DNA from: Alkalispirochaeta sp.
GTDB lineage: Bacteria > Spirochaetota > Spirochaetia > DSM-27196 > Alkalispirochaetaceae
Reading direction: 5' to 3'
DNA length: 64,000 nt
NCBI GenBank assembly: GCA_965601925.1
Contig: OZ271854.1
Span: 192,001 to 256,000 of the forward strand
A model generated the notes under the pieces. It made no database searches and was not told the origin of the DNA. It saw nothing but the letters and a program-made list of their open reading frames with translations. Of this stretch, positions 22,089 to 31,698 are shown in pieces. Both the position numbers and the translations under genes were made by a program. Within the stretch, counting starts at the first letter, position 1. Each line of letters opens with the position of its first letter.

Positions 22089-23395
22089 ACTTCGCGCGCC
22101 ACGGCTCCTTCAGCGTTGCCGTTACCGTGTATCGCAATATGCCGGTTGAGCCTGGAAAGGCGTTGCGCCAAAAGGCGAGCGAGGAATATGCCGTAATGAG
22201 GTTGCCGTTGTACACTGTTCACAAAGGCGTTCTTCGTCACCCGTATGAGTCGGCTCTGTCCGCGTGAGACGACGGTGGCCGAGCGTCTGTTACCGAGAAG
22301 AAACGACATTTCGCCGAGAAAAATATCGTCCGGCGTGAGCGTCGCCACCTTCTGCCCCCCGCTGAGAATTTCGAGCTTTCCGTTGACGATATAGAATAGA
22401 TCGTTCGACTCCTCGCCCTCCCGAAACACCACCTCGTCGTCCCGGAAGTCGGTTATCTCCTGATCGGCAAAGATGCTCGGTGTAGCGTTGGCCTGCTTCT
22501 GGTGCGGCACTTCAAAGCTGACTTCGTTTCCCCGTTCGTTGTAACGAAGATCGCTGATATAGTGACTCGTCATCTTGATGCCGTGGCCGTGTTGCTCGAG
22601 GTTCACCTCGTCGTTGGCAACGCGGGAGCGCCAGTCGAATCCCGCACCCTCGTCGGCGATCTGGAACGCAGAATGTGACGGATTAATACGATACGTCACC
22701 GCAACGCGCCTGGAGCCGATGCGTTCGTCGCGGCACTTCTCGCGAATGAGAGGGATAATATCGCCGTGGGCCTTCAAATACTCGGTCTTCTCATCATAGG
22801 AGATCCCGCAGTTACCGTGCTCGATCGCGTTCATAATCATCTCGAAGAGCGCCACGTGCAGGCGGTCGCGCATCTCTAAATCGATGTAGTTCGAGTTAAA
22901 CAGAAAGTTGGATATCAGCGAGGCGTAGGTACGGGCGTTGTACGGATCGTTATCCATCTCGAAGCTGCCGTGAATCGTACCGAGGAAATCGAGCTGAATG
23001 TCCCGTTGAAAGAGAATTTGACGATTGCGGTACAGAATGTAGAGTACACGAAAAAAGGTTTCTACAAACTCGTCCCGCCGGATCATGGTCACCACGTTGG
23101 TCTCTCGCGGCAGCTCCTCGACGATGCGGCTGTTTTTGCGCGCGTACACCCCGATGATACCGCCGTAGTGGAGCCACGGATCTTCATTGATCGATGCGAC
23201 CAACTGTCGGCCGTCGATCCTCTCGTCGGAAAAGTGAACGAGTTGAAACTCCGGTAGCTCGTAGCGGATGTACTCGAGTGCCGCGTCCACGGTATCAAGA
23301 AACACCGGTTGAAAGGCTGAGTCGAACTTGGAGCAGATCCTCCGGACGCGATCGTTTATCGCATCGTCACTGCACACTACGGGAAAGCGGCGCAT
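22085..23395 (-). CDS. Pseudo-receiver / RsbW-like HATPase / cyclic-nucleotide-binding fusion protein
   Basis: EMIMNAIEHGN (N box), DEGAGFDW (G1) and HGHGI (G2); cNMP domain FREGEES..LFYI..G and GEMSFL..RRSATV. Confidence 0.85.
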   Translation of the reverse strand: MRRFPVVCSDDAINDRVRRICSKFDSAFQPVFLDTVDAALEYIRYELPEFQLVHFSDERIDGRQLVASINEDPWLHYGGIIGVYARKNSRIVEELPRETNVVTMIRRDEFVETFFRVLYILYRNRQILFQRDIQLDFLGTIHGSFEMDNDPYNARTYASLISNFLFNSNYIDLEMRDRLHVALFEMIMNAIEHGNCGISYDEKTEYLKAHGDIIPLIREKCRDERIGSRRVAVTYRINPSHSAFQIADEGAGFDWRSRVANDEVNLEQHGHGIKMTSHYISDLRYNERGNEVSFEVPHQKQANATPSIFADQEITDFRDDEVVFREGEESNDLFYIVNGKLEILSGGQKVATLTPDDIFLGEMSFLLGNRRSATVVSRGQSRLIRVTKNAFVNSVQRQPHYGIFLARLLAQRLSRLNRHIAIHGNGNAEGAVAREV

Positions 23396-23522
23396 ATCTC
23401 AGATATCGGCGCCGGCCCGACGAACGTTGAACATTTTCATATGTAGCGAATAATACCATAAAAAAACGGAGCCGCAACGATGTACGACTCCGCTCCCTCT
23501 GCAACCTCGTCCTTCAGGACGG

Positions 23523-23547
23523 CGGTCGACTCCCGCGGAGTCGGCCG
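23523..23547. terminator. Hairpin downstream of rpsD
   Basis: CGGTCGACTCC-cgc-GGAGTCGGCCG stem; no clear U-tract. Confidence 0.4.
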
Positions 23548-23561
23548 GTCTGCGATACGCC

Positions 23562-24176
23562 TTACTTCGAGTAGAACTCGACGATCAGCTGCTCCTCGGC
23601 GATGGTGGGAATCATATCCCGCGTCGGAAGCATCGCTACGGTGCCTGTGAGGTCGTCCTGGGAAACCTCGATCCACGGCGCTATCTGCCGCGACGAGTTT
23701 TCCGATACGAGCCGGCGCATGAGCATCTCGGAACCCTTTTTCGATTTTACCGAGATCTTGTCACCGGGGCGTACCAATGCACTGGGAATCGTCACCTTGC
23801 GTCCGTTGAGATGAATGTGACCGTGGCCTACGAGCTGTCGAGCTTGTCGACGGCTTGCGGCCATACCCATGCGATACACCACGTTGTCCAAACGCCGCTC
23901 GAGTAAGATCAGCATGTTGTGTCCGGTAACGCCCTTCAAGACCTTGGCCTTGTAGAACAGGTTGCGGAACTGACGCTCCGACAACCCGTAGGCGAACTTT
24001 ACCTTTTGCTTCTCTTTGAGCTGGCGTGCGTACTCAGTCTCGCGAATGCGACCCTTCTTCGGTTCACCAGGCCCGTACGGCTTTTTCTTAAGCAGACGGT
24101 CGTACTTGGGATTTCCAAAGATATTGATGCCGAGGTGACGTACCGTCTTACCCCGGGCTTTGGAAGATCGAGCCAT
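23562..24176 (-). CDS. rpsD: 30S ribosomal protein S4 (Cys-free type)
   Basis: EYARQLKEKQK, YGLSERQF, LERRLDNVVYR and EQLIVEFYSK motifs; SD AAGGAG. Confidence 0.97.
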   Translation of the reverse strand: MARSSKARGKTVRHLGINIFGNPKYDRLLKKKPYGPGEPKKGRIRETEYARQLKEKQKVKFAYGLSERQFRNLFYKAKVLKGVTGHNMLILLERRLDNVVYRMGMAASRRQARQLVGHGHIHLNGRKVTIPSALVRPGDKISVKSKKGSEMLMRRLVSENSSRQIAPWIEVSQDDLTGTVAMLPTRDMIPTIAEEQLIVEFYSK

Positions 24177-24225
24177 TCACATATCTCCTTGCAATACGCT
24201 GCCAACGGACGCGTTTCGAAAGCGC

Positions 24226-24255
24226 ATACTATGCCTATGATTCATCGCGTGTCAA
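24226..24255 (-). promoter_or_regulatory. Sigma70-type promoter of rpsD
   Basis: TTGACA-18-TAGTAT on the minus strand. Confidence 0.6.
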
Positions 24256-24276
24256 GGATCTCGAATGATCGGAGTC

Positions 24277-26130
24277 CTACTCACCGCCGCCGAAGAGCCC
24301 CTTCAATCGCCCGAGAATACCTTTCGGCTTCTCGGACGCGGTTTCTCGGGGCGGTGCCGTCCGATCCTCCGACGGGCGAGCGGCCTTTTTCGCCTGCTGC
24401 GGCTTCTTTCCCGCAGCCGACCGATCGGATTCGCGGCGGTCGCCTCCGCTCGATGCGTTCTTCTGCGGGGGACGCGCACCGTCACGTCGCTGTTGATTGG
24501 AGCGGCCGCGAGACCGCCTTTTGCGAGAACTCGATCCGCTCTTTGTGCGCGGGCTTCCTTTGGCGCCGTCCATGCTCGCAAGCATCTCGTCGGTGGGTTG
24601 AAAATCCTCGCCATATTTTTTGCGATAGTACGCGAGGCGCTCCTCCAAGCTGTCGCTCGCCTTGGGTGCCGCCCCGACCGGCTCGCGCGACGGCCGTCGA
24701 TCCGGACGGCGATCCGCCGGTCGGCGATCGGAGGGACGACGGTCGGAGTCGTGCCGCTCGTGGGACCGACGTCTCGACGCGGGCCGGTCGTCGTCGCGAC
24801 GTTCGTGCTGACGACGCGAAGGGTGTCTGTCGCCGTCGCGGCGTTCGCTTCGCCGGTCCGGAGCGCCGCGCTCGCCGCGTCGTTGCCCGCCTCGCCCGGA
24901 GGAGCCGCGCCCCGGTCTGCCGCCCCGCCCCGGACCGCGATCGTCCCGGTCGCGTCCGGTTACCTCGAGCTGAATGCGCATACCGGCACTTGCGTCCTCG
25001 GCGTACAGATCGTCGGTCAACTGTTCCACGGGAATTTTCTGATTAATCAAGCTTTCTATGGCGTCGAGGCCGAAGACGAACTTCTGGCACGCTAAAGAGA
25101 CCGCGCGCCCCGACTCGCCGGCGCGGGCGGTTCGTCCGATACGGTGTACGTACGCCTCGGGATCCTCCGGAAGGTCGTAGTTGATCACCATGTCGAGATT
25201 GTCGATGTGGAGTCCCCGCGCCGCCACGTCGGTCGCCACGAGAAACTCCGACTCACCCGCCTTGATGCGCCGGATGATCGCCAACCGCTTACGCTGCGGA
25301 AGGTCTCCCATAATGAAGTCCGCGGGATACCCGTTGATGTCCAGGCGTTTCGCGACCTCCTCGGCGGCGCGTTTGGTGTTGGTAAAGACGATCGCGGTAC
25401 GCGGCCGATCGCGCTTCAGGAGGCCCAGTATGACGGCCATCTTGTCCTCCGAGGCGACGTGATAGAGGCTCTGATTCACGCGGTCGACGGTAATCTGTTC
25501 CGGTTCGATCTCGATCTCCACCGGATTGTTCATATACTCCCACGCGATATTACGCGCCTTTACGCTCAGGGTGGCGCTGAAGAGCATGGTAGTGCGCTCC
25601 TCCCGCGGCTGCATGCGGCGCATCATGCGTCTGATATCGGGGTAGAAGCCCATATCGAAGAGCCGGTCGGCCTCGTCGATAATGACAGCGCCGACCTCTT
25701 TAAGCTTCATGTGGCCGGTCTGACTGAGATCCAGGATGCGCCCGGGCGTGCCGACCATGATATTGACGCCTTCGGCGAGGGCCTGTTGCTGACGCCCGTA
25801 GCCGACACCGCCGTGAAAGACCTCCGTCTTAATAGGTAGCTTTTCCGCGAGGAGGTCGGCCTCCTCTTTGATTTGAACCGCCAACTCGCGCGTCGGCGCG
25901 ACCACCAGTGCATTGCGTTCCTTGAACCGTTCGTCATGCAAAAGAAGTTGAAACGTTGGAAGAAGAAAGGCTGCAGTCTTGCCAGTTCCCGTCTGTGATT
26001 GTACCATTACATCAGAACCGTCGATCACGTGCGGTATGGTACGGGCTTGTACGTCGGTGCATTCCTCAAAGCCGGCCGCAGCTATTCCGGCGAGTATTTC
26101 ACTGTCGAGTTTCAATTCATCGAATTTCAT
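24277..26130 (-). CDS. DEAD-box RNA helicase (RhlB-like) with Arg/Gly-rich C-terminal tail
   Basis: Q motif, QTGTGKT, PTRELA, DEAD, SAT, ARGL and HRIGRTAR motifs. Confidence 0.93.
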   Translation of the reverse strand: MKFDELKLDSEILAGIAAAGFEECTDVQARTIPHVIDGSDVMVQSQTGTGKTAAFLLPTFQLLLHDERFKERNALVVAPTRELAVQIKEEADLLAEKLPIKTEVFHGGVGYGRQQQALAEGVNIMVGTPGRILDLSQTGHMKLKEVGAVIIDEADRLFDMGFYPDIRRMMRRMQPREERTTMLFSATLSVKARNIAWEYMNNPVEIEIEPEQITVDRVNQSLYHVASEDKMAVILGLLKRDRPRTAIVFTNTKRAAEEVAKRLDINGYPADFIMGDLPQRKRLAIIRRIKAGESEFLVATDVAARGLHIDNLDMVINYDLPEDPEAYVHRIGRTARAGESGRAVSLACQKFVFGLDAIESLINQKIPVEQLTDDLYAEDASAGMRIQLEVTGRDRDDRGPGRGGRPGRGSSGRGGQRRGERGAPDRRSERRDGDRHPSRRQHERRDDDRPASRRRSHERHDSDRRPSDRRPADRRPDRRPSREPVGAAPKASDSLEERLAYYRKKYGEDFQPTDEMLASMDGAKGSPRTKSGSSSRKRRSRGRSNQQRRDGARPPQKNASSGGDRRESDRSAAGKKPQQAKKAARPSEDRTAPPRETASEKPKGILGRLKGLFGGGE

Positions 26131-26192
26131 ACCCGTCTAAGGTATAGAAAAGACCGGTATTCCGCAACGGAGCATATTTCGGGAGGAACTAT

Positions 26193-26762
26193 ATGCACGA
26201 TTCTCACCAATTGGCGAGTAAAGCGGGCGATATTGCCGCCGATTTCGACGGTCATCCCCACGGATGCGCCCACTGTACGCTTGCGGGCGTCCACGAAGCG
26301 CTGGGCATTCGAGACGCCATACTGTTTCGAGCGGCAACCGGGCTCTCCGCCGAGAGCGGTCTTTCCGTCGACGGTACGTGCGGCGCGTACAGCGGTGCGG
26401 TGTTGGCGATGTCCAGTATCTTCGGCCCCGCCGAGGCGAGCGCAGAGGCCGATAGCGCAACGTTGTATCGAGGATTCGATTTGGCGCGACGGCTGTTCAA
26501 TCGATTCATGGATCAGTACGGCACGCTTCGATGCAGCGCCATCCGACGGCGAACCGCTACGCACCGTGCGTCGTCGGTACTCGACGAGGGTAGTCGTCTC
26601 TCACAGTGCGGAGCCAAACGTTCAGGGCATTGCCGCGAGACGTGTCGCTACGCCGCCTCGTGGGCGACTGAGCTTCTCCTCGCCGAGGCCGCGCGATCCG
26701 GCTCAACGTTGAACGACGTTCGGCACACCTTCGTGCGCTCCCGCGCCGGAATCGAAACGTAG
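26193..26762 (+). CDS. C-GCAxxG-C-C family putative redox protein
   Basis: GCAHC, GTCGAYSG, LRCSAI and HCRETC motifs; SD GGAGG. Confidence 0.8.
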   Translation: MHDSHQLASKAGDIAADFDGHPHGCAHCTLAGVHEALGIRDAILFRAATGLSAESGLSVDGTCGAYSGAVLAMSSIFGPAEASAEADSATLYRGFDLARRLFNRFMDQYGTLRCSAIRRRTATHRASSVLDEGSRLSQCGAKRSGHCRETCRYAASWATELLLAEAARSGSTLNDVRHTFVRSRAGIET

Positions 26763-26881
26763 GCGGCGGCACCCTCCGCCGGTGCGTCGGGGCTTGCGGT
26801 ACGAACTATCGCGATCCCGAGCCGCTCTCGGTGAGAACCGTGCCGCCCACAGAAGTCATCACACCGATTTGCATCTTTTTT

Positions 26882-26933
26882 TTGACACCACGCGCCGCCT
26901 GTACTAAAATACGTCTACAGTAAACCGGTTTAC
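26882..26933 (+). promoter_or_regulatory. Sigma70 promoter plus LacI-type operator of the beta-amylase
   Basis: TTGACA (26882)-17-TAAAAT (26905); perfect palindrome GTAAACCGGTTTAC at 26920-26933. Confidence 0.75.
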
Positions 26934-26967
26934 AAAAATCTACCGCTACTTATTAGGAGCATGACTC

Positions 26968-28395
26968 ATGAAGATAGGGAAACTATACATCGCCGCCCTT
27001 CTCGGGCTCACGGTGCTGGCGGCCGGTTGTAATGTAGGACTGCACTCCGCGGAGGACGCGAATGAGCAAACGGATGCGCCGCTGTCCGCTGCATCCGCCG
27101 GTGCCTTTACCGCAAACGTTATGGCGCCCCTTCGCGTCACCGATTGGAACGGCTTCCGCAATCAGCTTTCGGTCGCCAAATCAATGGGGGTCGACGCGGT
27201 AAGCGTTGATGTGTGGTGGGGCGATGTCGAGGGCGCGGGTGATCAATCCTTCGATTGGTCGTACTACGATACAATCTTTCGAGAGATTACCGACGCCGGT
27301 CTCGATATTGTAGCGATCATGTCCTTCCATCAGGCGGGGGGCAACGTCGGGGACGACTATACCGCGCTCCTCCCATCGTGGATCTGGAACCACTATACCT
27401 CGCAGGGCATCAGCGCCGACGATCTCAAATACGTGAGCGAGACCGGTCAGGCGAGTGCCGAGTATGTGACGCTGTGGGCCGATGACTACGTCATAAGCGA
27501 GTACGTCGAGTTTATGAACGCCTTCGAGGCGCGTTACGCCTTCTATGCCGCGGACATAGACGAGCTTAACATCTCCGGAGGCAGCGCAGGCGAGCTACGC
27601 TACCCCTCCTACAACGCTCACGACTGGGGCGGCTATCCAAACCGCGGCACGCTCCAGGCCTACGGCAGACTTGCGGTCGAGGACTTTCAAGATGCGATGG
27701 TGTCCAAATACGGAAATCTCACCGGCATCAACACGGCGTGGGGCAGCAGCCTTACCAGCGTCTCCCAGATCGGCCCTCCGACAAATGTCGACTACTTCTT
27801 CAGCTCATACGACTATCAGAACATTCAGTACGGGCGCGATTTCTTCGATTGGTACAACCAGTCCCTCGTGGATCACGGACGCCGCCTGATCCAAGCGGCC
27901 ATCGACGCCTTCGATAACCAGATGAGCGGCATTGAGATCGGGATCAAGATTCCCGGTATTCATTGGACGATGGGCGATCCAAACTATCCGCGCCTCGCGG
28001 AGCTCACCGCCGGACTGATTCGGTCGAGTACCAACAACTGGACCCCGTCGACGGGCCACGGCTACGACTCCATCGTGAGCGCCGCCGCCGGCTGGAGTCG
28101 TCACATCAACTTACACTTCACATGCTTGGAGATGGGGAACGAGAACTACGCCCCCGCCTATTCGCGAGCCCAGGACCTCGTCTTCTGGGTCGCCGATGCG
28201 GCCGAGCGCGCCGGTGTCTCGATCAAGGGCGAAAACGCGCTCGCCGGCGGCGTAACGACCCACGCCGGCTGGAACAACATCGAGAACGCCCTGACTTGGG
28301 CCTCCTACTCCGGCCTGACGGTCCTCAGGATGGAGCAGGTGACGTGGAACGGCATCGGCCGCTCACGCTACGAACAGGTGATTTTGCATTACTGA
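26968..28395 (+). CDS. Beta-amylase (glycoside hydrolase family 14), predicted lipoprotein
   Basis: VMAPL, DVWWG, HQAGGNVGD, GSAGELRYPSY (catalytic acid), GIHW, FTCLEM and GENAL (catalytic base); lipobox LAAGC; SD AGGAG. Confidence 0.93.
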   Translation: MKIGKLYIAALLGLTVLAAGCNVGLHSAEDANEQTDAPLSAASAGAFTANVMAPLRVTDWNGFRNQLSVAKSMGVDAVSVDVWWGDVEGAGDQSFDWSYYDTIFREITDAGLDIVAIMSFHQAGGNVGDDYTALLPSWIWNHYTSQGISADDLKYVSETGQASAEYVTLWADDYVISEYVEFMNAFEARYAFYAADIDELNISGGSAGELRYPSYNAHDWGGYPNRGTLQAYGRLAVEDFQDAMVSKYGNLTGINTAWGSSLTSVSQIGPPTNVDYFFSSYDYQNIQYGRDFFDWYNQSLVDHGRRLIQAAIDAFDNQMSGIEIGIKIPGIHWTMGDPNYPRLAELTAGLIRSSTNNWTPSTGHGYDSIVSAAAGWSRHINLHFTCLEMGNENYAPAYSRAQDLVFWVADAAERAGVSIKGENALAGGVTTHAGWNNIENALTWASYSGLTVLRMEQVTWNGIGRSRYEQVILHY

Positions 28396-28408
28396 GTAAC
28401 AACCGGAA

Positions 28409-28492
28409 CCGGAGTGGGCCGGCATCTCAAGCCCACTCCGGCGTATACTCCCGCCCTTTGCGTAAACGCGACGCGTCACGACGCGTTTACGC
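28409..28492. terminator. Tandem GC-rich hairpins between the convergent amylase and MFS genes
   Basis: CCGGAGTGGGC/GCCCACTCCGG (28409-28441) and GCGTAAACGCG/CGCGTTTACGC (28460-28492). Confidence 0.55.
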
Positions 28493-28743
28493 GGACGATT
28501 ACGCCACACGAGACGTATCCGAAACCTTGGAGCGGATGTCGATGTACGGACGCACAGAGTGCACGGACTGCCCGGAATCGCCGCGAGCTTGAATAACCAC
28601 CGTCGTTCAACACGCTCGCCGTACGACGGAGTGCGTCTCACCGCGGTCGCGTACAACCGCCGCTATGCCGAATACTCACGGTATGGAACGCTCTCTATCA
28701 ACAATCGGTCCTGCGATACGGTACCCCCTCCTGCACCGCGCAC

Positions 28744-30087
28744 TCATGCACGCGACACCGACACCGACTCCGCATCGCGCTCTCGCGGCGGCTGTCGAAG
28801 CCTGATACCGAGAATCGCGACGCCCAGAAAGGCGATTCCGGAGATCGCGAATGCCGTCGCGCCTACCGACTCGTACAACACGCCGCCGGCGACGAGACCG
28901 ATGAGGCTTGCCGCACTACCCGCCGACGTGCCGTATCCCTGCACCTCTCCCTGGTGCTCGGCCGAGACCAGAGACGAAAGCATCGCGAGAAACGACGGCC
29001 ACATCACGCCGTTCCCGACGGCAAACAGCACAGCCGCGGCAAAGGCCCAACGCCCGTCGGCAAAAATCAATATGACGAAGCACAGCGCCAATACCGCGCT
29101 CCCGCCGGTGACGCGTCCCACCTCCGACACACGAGTGCTCAGGAAGCGCAACACCGGACCCTGCACGGCGAGCATCACGAAGCTTAACGTCGAATAAAAG
29201 ACGCCTAACTCCGCGGTAGTCCAGCCGTACATGCGTAAGGCGTGTACCGGAAAGACGGCATAGAAGATGTTAAATCCCAGAAACAACACAAAGTAGAGCA
29301 CCAAAAAGAGCGCGACGTTGGGGAGGCGGAGCACCACCCGCAGACCGCGCTCCGCGGCCGTCGAAAGACCGTTGGCGTGCATGTCGTCCGTCGAGGTCGT
29401 CGCCGCATGCGGGCAATGGCGAACGATCTTCTCCGAGCAGTCCGCCGGCCGCCGCGGTGGTGTGGCGGACCGCCTGGGCGACGGCGGTGGAAGGAACGCA
29501 ACGATTAATACCAGACCGACGATCGCGATCGAGAAGGCGGCGATGACCGGGAGGCGCACGCCTAGAGCGGTGGCCCCCAGAATGCCCGAAAGCGTCGGGC
29601 CGAGGATGAATCCCAGATTGGACGAGATTCCCATGAGTCCGAAGTTTCGACCGCGCGTATCGGCGGTGGATATGTCGGCCAGCAGGGCGTTTGCCACCGA
29701 GACGTTGCCGCCGGTCAGCCCGTCCAGGGCGCGTGCTGCAAACAGAACGACCAACGGTACCGTTACGCCGACGGCGCCGAGCCACGACGAATCGACGCTA
29801 AATAGTGACACGGTCGGCACCACCAAGGCGATGTAGAAGACGATCCACGCCGCTGCGGTGCCGGCTTGACTGAGAAGCAGAACCGGTCGACGTCCCAGGC
29901 GGTCCGACCAACGTCCCAGAACGGGAGAGCCGATAAGTTGAAAGGCGGGGTAGGCGGCGGCCATCAAGCCGTAGACGACACCGTTGCCTCCGAACTCCTC
30001 GACGAGCACGACCAAAAAGGGCATCACCAGGCTCAGGCCGAGGGCGCCGACAAAGTTGACCGCCAGTAGGGGTAGTATGCTCTTCAT
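28744..30087 (-). CDS. MFS transporter (TetA/DHA1-like)
   Basis: GRWSDRLGRRP motif A, ARALDGLTGGN and GFILGP motifs, about 12 TMs; SD GAGGAGG before MKSIL. Confidence 0.9.
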   Translation of the reverse strand: MKSILPLLAVNFVGALGLSLVMPFLVVLVEEFGGNGVVYGLMAAAYPAFQLIGSPVLGRWSDRLGRRPVLLLSQAGTAAAWIVFYIALVVPTVSLFSVDSSWLGAVGVTVPLVVLFAARALDGLTGGNVSVANALLADISTADTRGRNFGLMGISSNLGFILGPTLSGILGATALGVRLPVIAAFSIAIVGLVLIVAFLPPPSPRRSATPPRRPADCSEKIVRHCPHAATTSTDDMHANGLSTAAERGLRVVLRLPNVALFLVLYFVLFLGFNIFYAVFPVHALRMYGWTTAELGVFYSTLSFVMLAVQGPVLRFLSTRVSEVGRVTGGSAVLALCFVILIFADGRWAFAAAVLFAVGNGVMWPSFLAMLSSLVSAEHQGEVQGYGTSAGSAASLIGLVAGGVLYESVGATAFAISGIAFLGVAILGIRLRQPPRERDAESVSVSRA

Positions 30088-30423
30088 CGTATCCTCCTCG
30101 CCGACGGATCGCTCCGATACCGGTCGCCGACGACCGGCCATACCTTACCAAAAAAGTCGGATATTGCGAAGGTAGTGAAGAGGCGAACGGTACTGCGGTG
30201 ATTTGGGGCTGATCTGCACGTCGCCGACCACCGCGCCTTGGCGACGCGCACGCTGCATGTGCAATCGGTGAAAGCTCGGCGAAGAGACGGCGGTACACAT
30301 CACGCGCGAACCGTCAACAGAGCAACCGCGGATTGGGGCCAGGGCCCAAAAGAGACCGGTCCGCAATGCGGGCCTTCGCACCGCCGTATCAAGGTGCGCG
30401 TGTCGACGCGGTCCGTCGTCTCG

Positions 30424-31590
30424 CTAAATCGCGACGTCCTCGGTGTAGTCCACGCCGTCGAACGCAAACCCGTGAATCTGCAGAAACTCGCGCTGAAACC
30501 CCTCGACGTCGGCAAGTGCGCTCAGATTCTCCTGGGTGACCTCGTCCCACAGCCGACCGACCTCGCGCTGTACGTCCTCGCGCATCTCCCAGTCGTCCAT
30601 ACGAATGCGCAGCTCATCGTCGAGACTCGGTGCGGAGCCGCCGTACAGTTGCGTAGTGAAGAGGCGATACATCTGCTCGATCGTTCCCTCGTGAAGCCCC
30701 TTTTCCTTCATTACCTTGTACAAGATGGCCAAATAGAGCGGTACCGCGGCGATGACCGAACTCGCCTTGGTCACCAGCGCCTTGTTGATGCTGACCCAGG
30801 CGTGACCGCCCCGTTCGCGCAATCGCTCGTCCATCGCGCGCGCGGTCGCCTCCAGATGCTCCTTCGCACGACCGATCGTCCCGTCCCGATAGAGCGGAAA
30901 GGTTACTTCGGGGCCGATATAGGAATACGCGACGGTCGTTGCCGACGGAGCCAGGACACCGGCCTCGTCGAGAGCGTTGATCCACAGCTCCCAGTCCTCG
31001 CCGCCCATCACCTTGACCGTCTGCGCAATCTCGTCGTCGGACGCCCCCTCGGCGGCGGTGGGCTTTAGCTGCGCAGTCTTGCCGTCGAGCGTCATCGCTT
31101 CGTAGCGTCGACCGATCGGTTTGAGGGTCGAACGATACATCTCACCGGTATCGGGATCGACGCGCACGGGCGAGGCGAGGCTGTAAACGACCAGATCGAC
31201 CGTTCCCATCGTCTCTTTGATTGCTTGAATAGTCTGCGCCTTCGTCTCGTGGGCAAAGGCGTCGGCGATGATGCTTCGATGCGTCAATCCGGCCTCATCG
31301 GCGTATTTCCGAAACGCAAGATCTTGGTACCATCCGGCCGTCGCGGTTCGCCGCCCCTTTGCGGGGGTTTCGTAGGATACGCCGATCGTAGCGGCACCGG
31401 AGCCGAAAGCGGCTACGATCCTTGATGCGAGCCCGTACCCCCCCGAGGCACCGATGACCAGTACGTTACGAGGTCCGGAGAAGGTTCCGTGACCGCGGAC
31501 GTATTCGATCTGCTCTTTTACGTTCCTATCGCATCCCACCGGGTGGGCGTTCATACAGATGTTGTTTCGGATCATCGGCTCGACTACCAT
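30424..31590 (-). CDS. fabV: Enoyl-ACP / trans-2-enoyl-CoA reductase FabV
   Basis: AHPVGC, GASGGYGLASRI, YSLASP, VMGGEDW, YSYIGP..T...Y..GTIGRAK and FLQIHGF motifs. Confidence 0.95.
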   Translation of the reverse strand: MVVEPMIRNNICMNAHPVGCDRNVKEQIEYVRGHGTFSGPRNVLVIGASGGYGLASRIVAAFGSGAATIGVSYETPAKGRRTATAGWYQDLAFRKYADEAGLTHRSIIADAFAHETKAQTIQAIKETMGTVDLVVYSLASPVRVDPDTGEMYRSTLKPIGRRYEAMTLDGKTAQLKPTAAEGASDDEIAQTVKVMGGEDWELWINALDEAGVLAPSATTVAYSYIGPEVTFPLYRDGTIGRAKEHLEATARAMDERLRERGGHAWVSINKALVTKASSVIAAVPLYLAILYKVMKEKGLHEGTIEQMYRLFTTQLYGGSAPSLDDELRIRMDDWEMREDVQREVGRLWDEVTQENLSALADVEGFQREFLQIHGFAFDGVDYTEDVAI

Positions 31591-31698
31591 ATCTTCCTCC
31601 TCGGTCTGAGACCGACAAAATAGCACAACGGCGGATCATATGACCACCGTATGTAACGCGAAACCCGGATTGTCGCGGGGCGCGCCGTATACTATCGT

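Noticed and set aside
24277..24960. Repetitive Arg/Asp/Gly-rich sequence (DRRP-type units) in the helicase tail
   Set aside because: Low-complexity disordered tails are common in DEAD-box helicases; this is not a DNA repeat element.
26765..26847. Long hairpin as SRP (4.5S) RNA
   Set aside because: It lacks the conserved domain IV GGAA tetraloop and CAGG/AGCA internal loop on either strand.
28393..28596. TGA readthrough extending the beta-amylase into a starch-binding domain
   Set aside because: The in-frame downstream peptide has no CBM20-like motifs and runs through two hairpins.
30088..30423. Structured leader or riboswitch upstream of the MFS gene
   Set aside because: Only short GC-rich hairpins are present, with no known aptamer motif.
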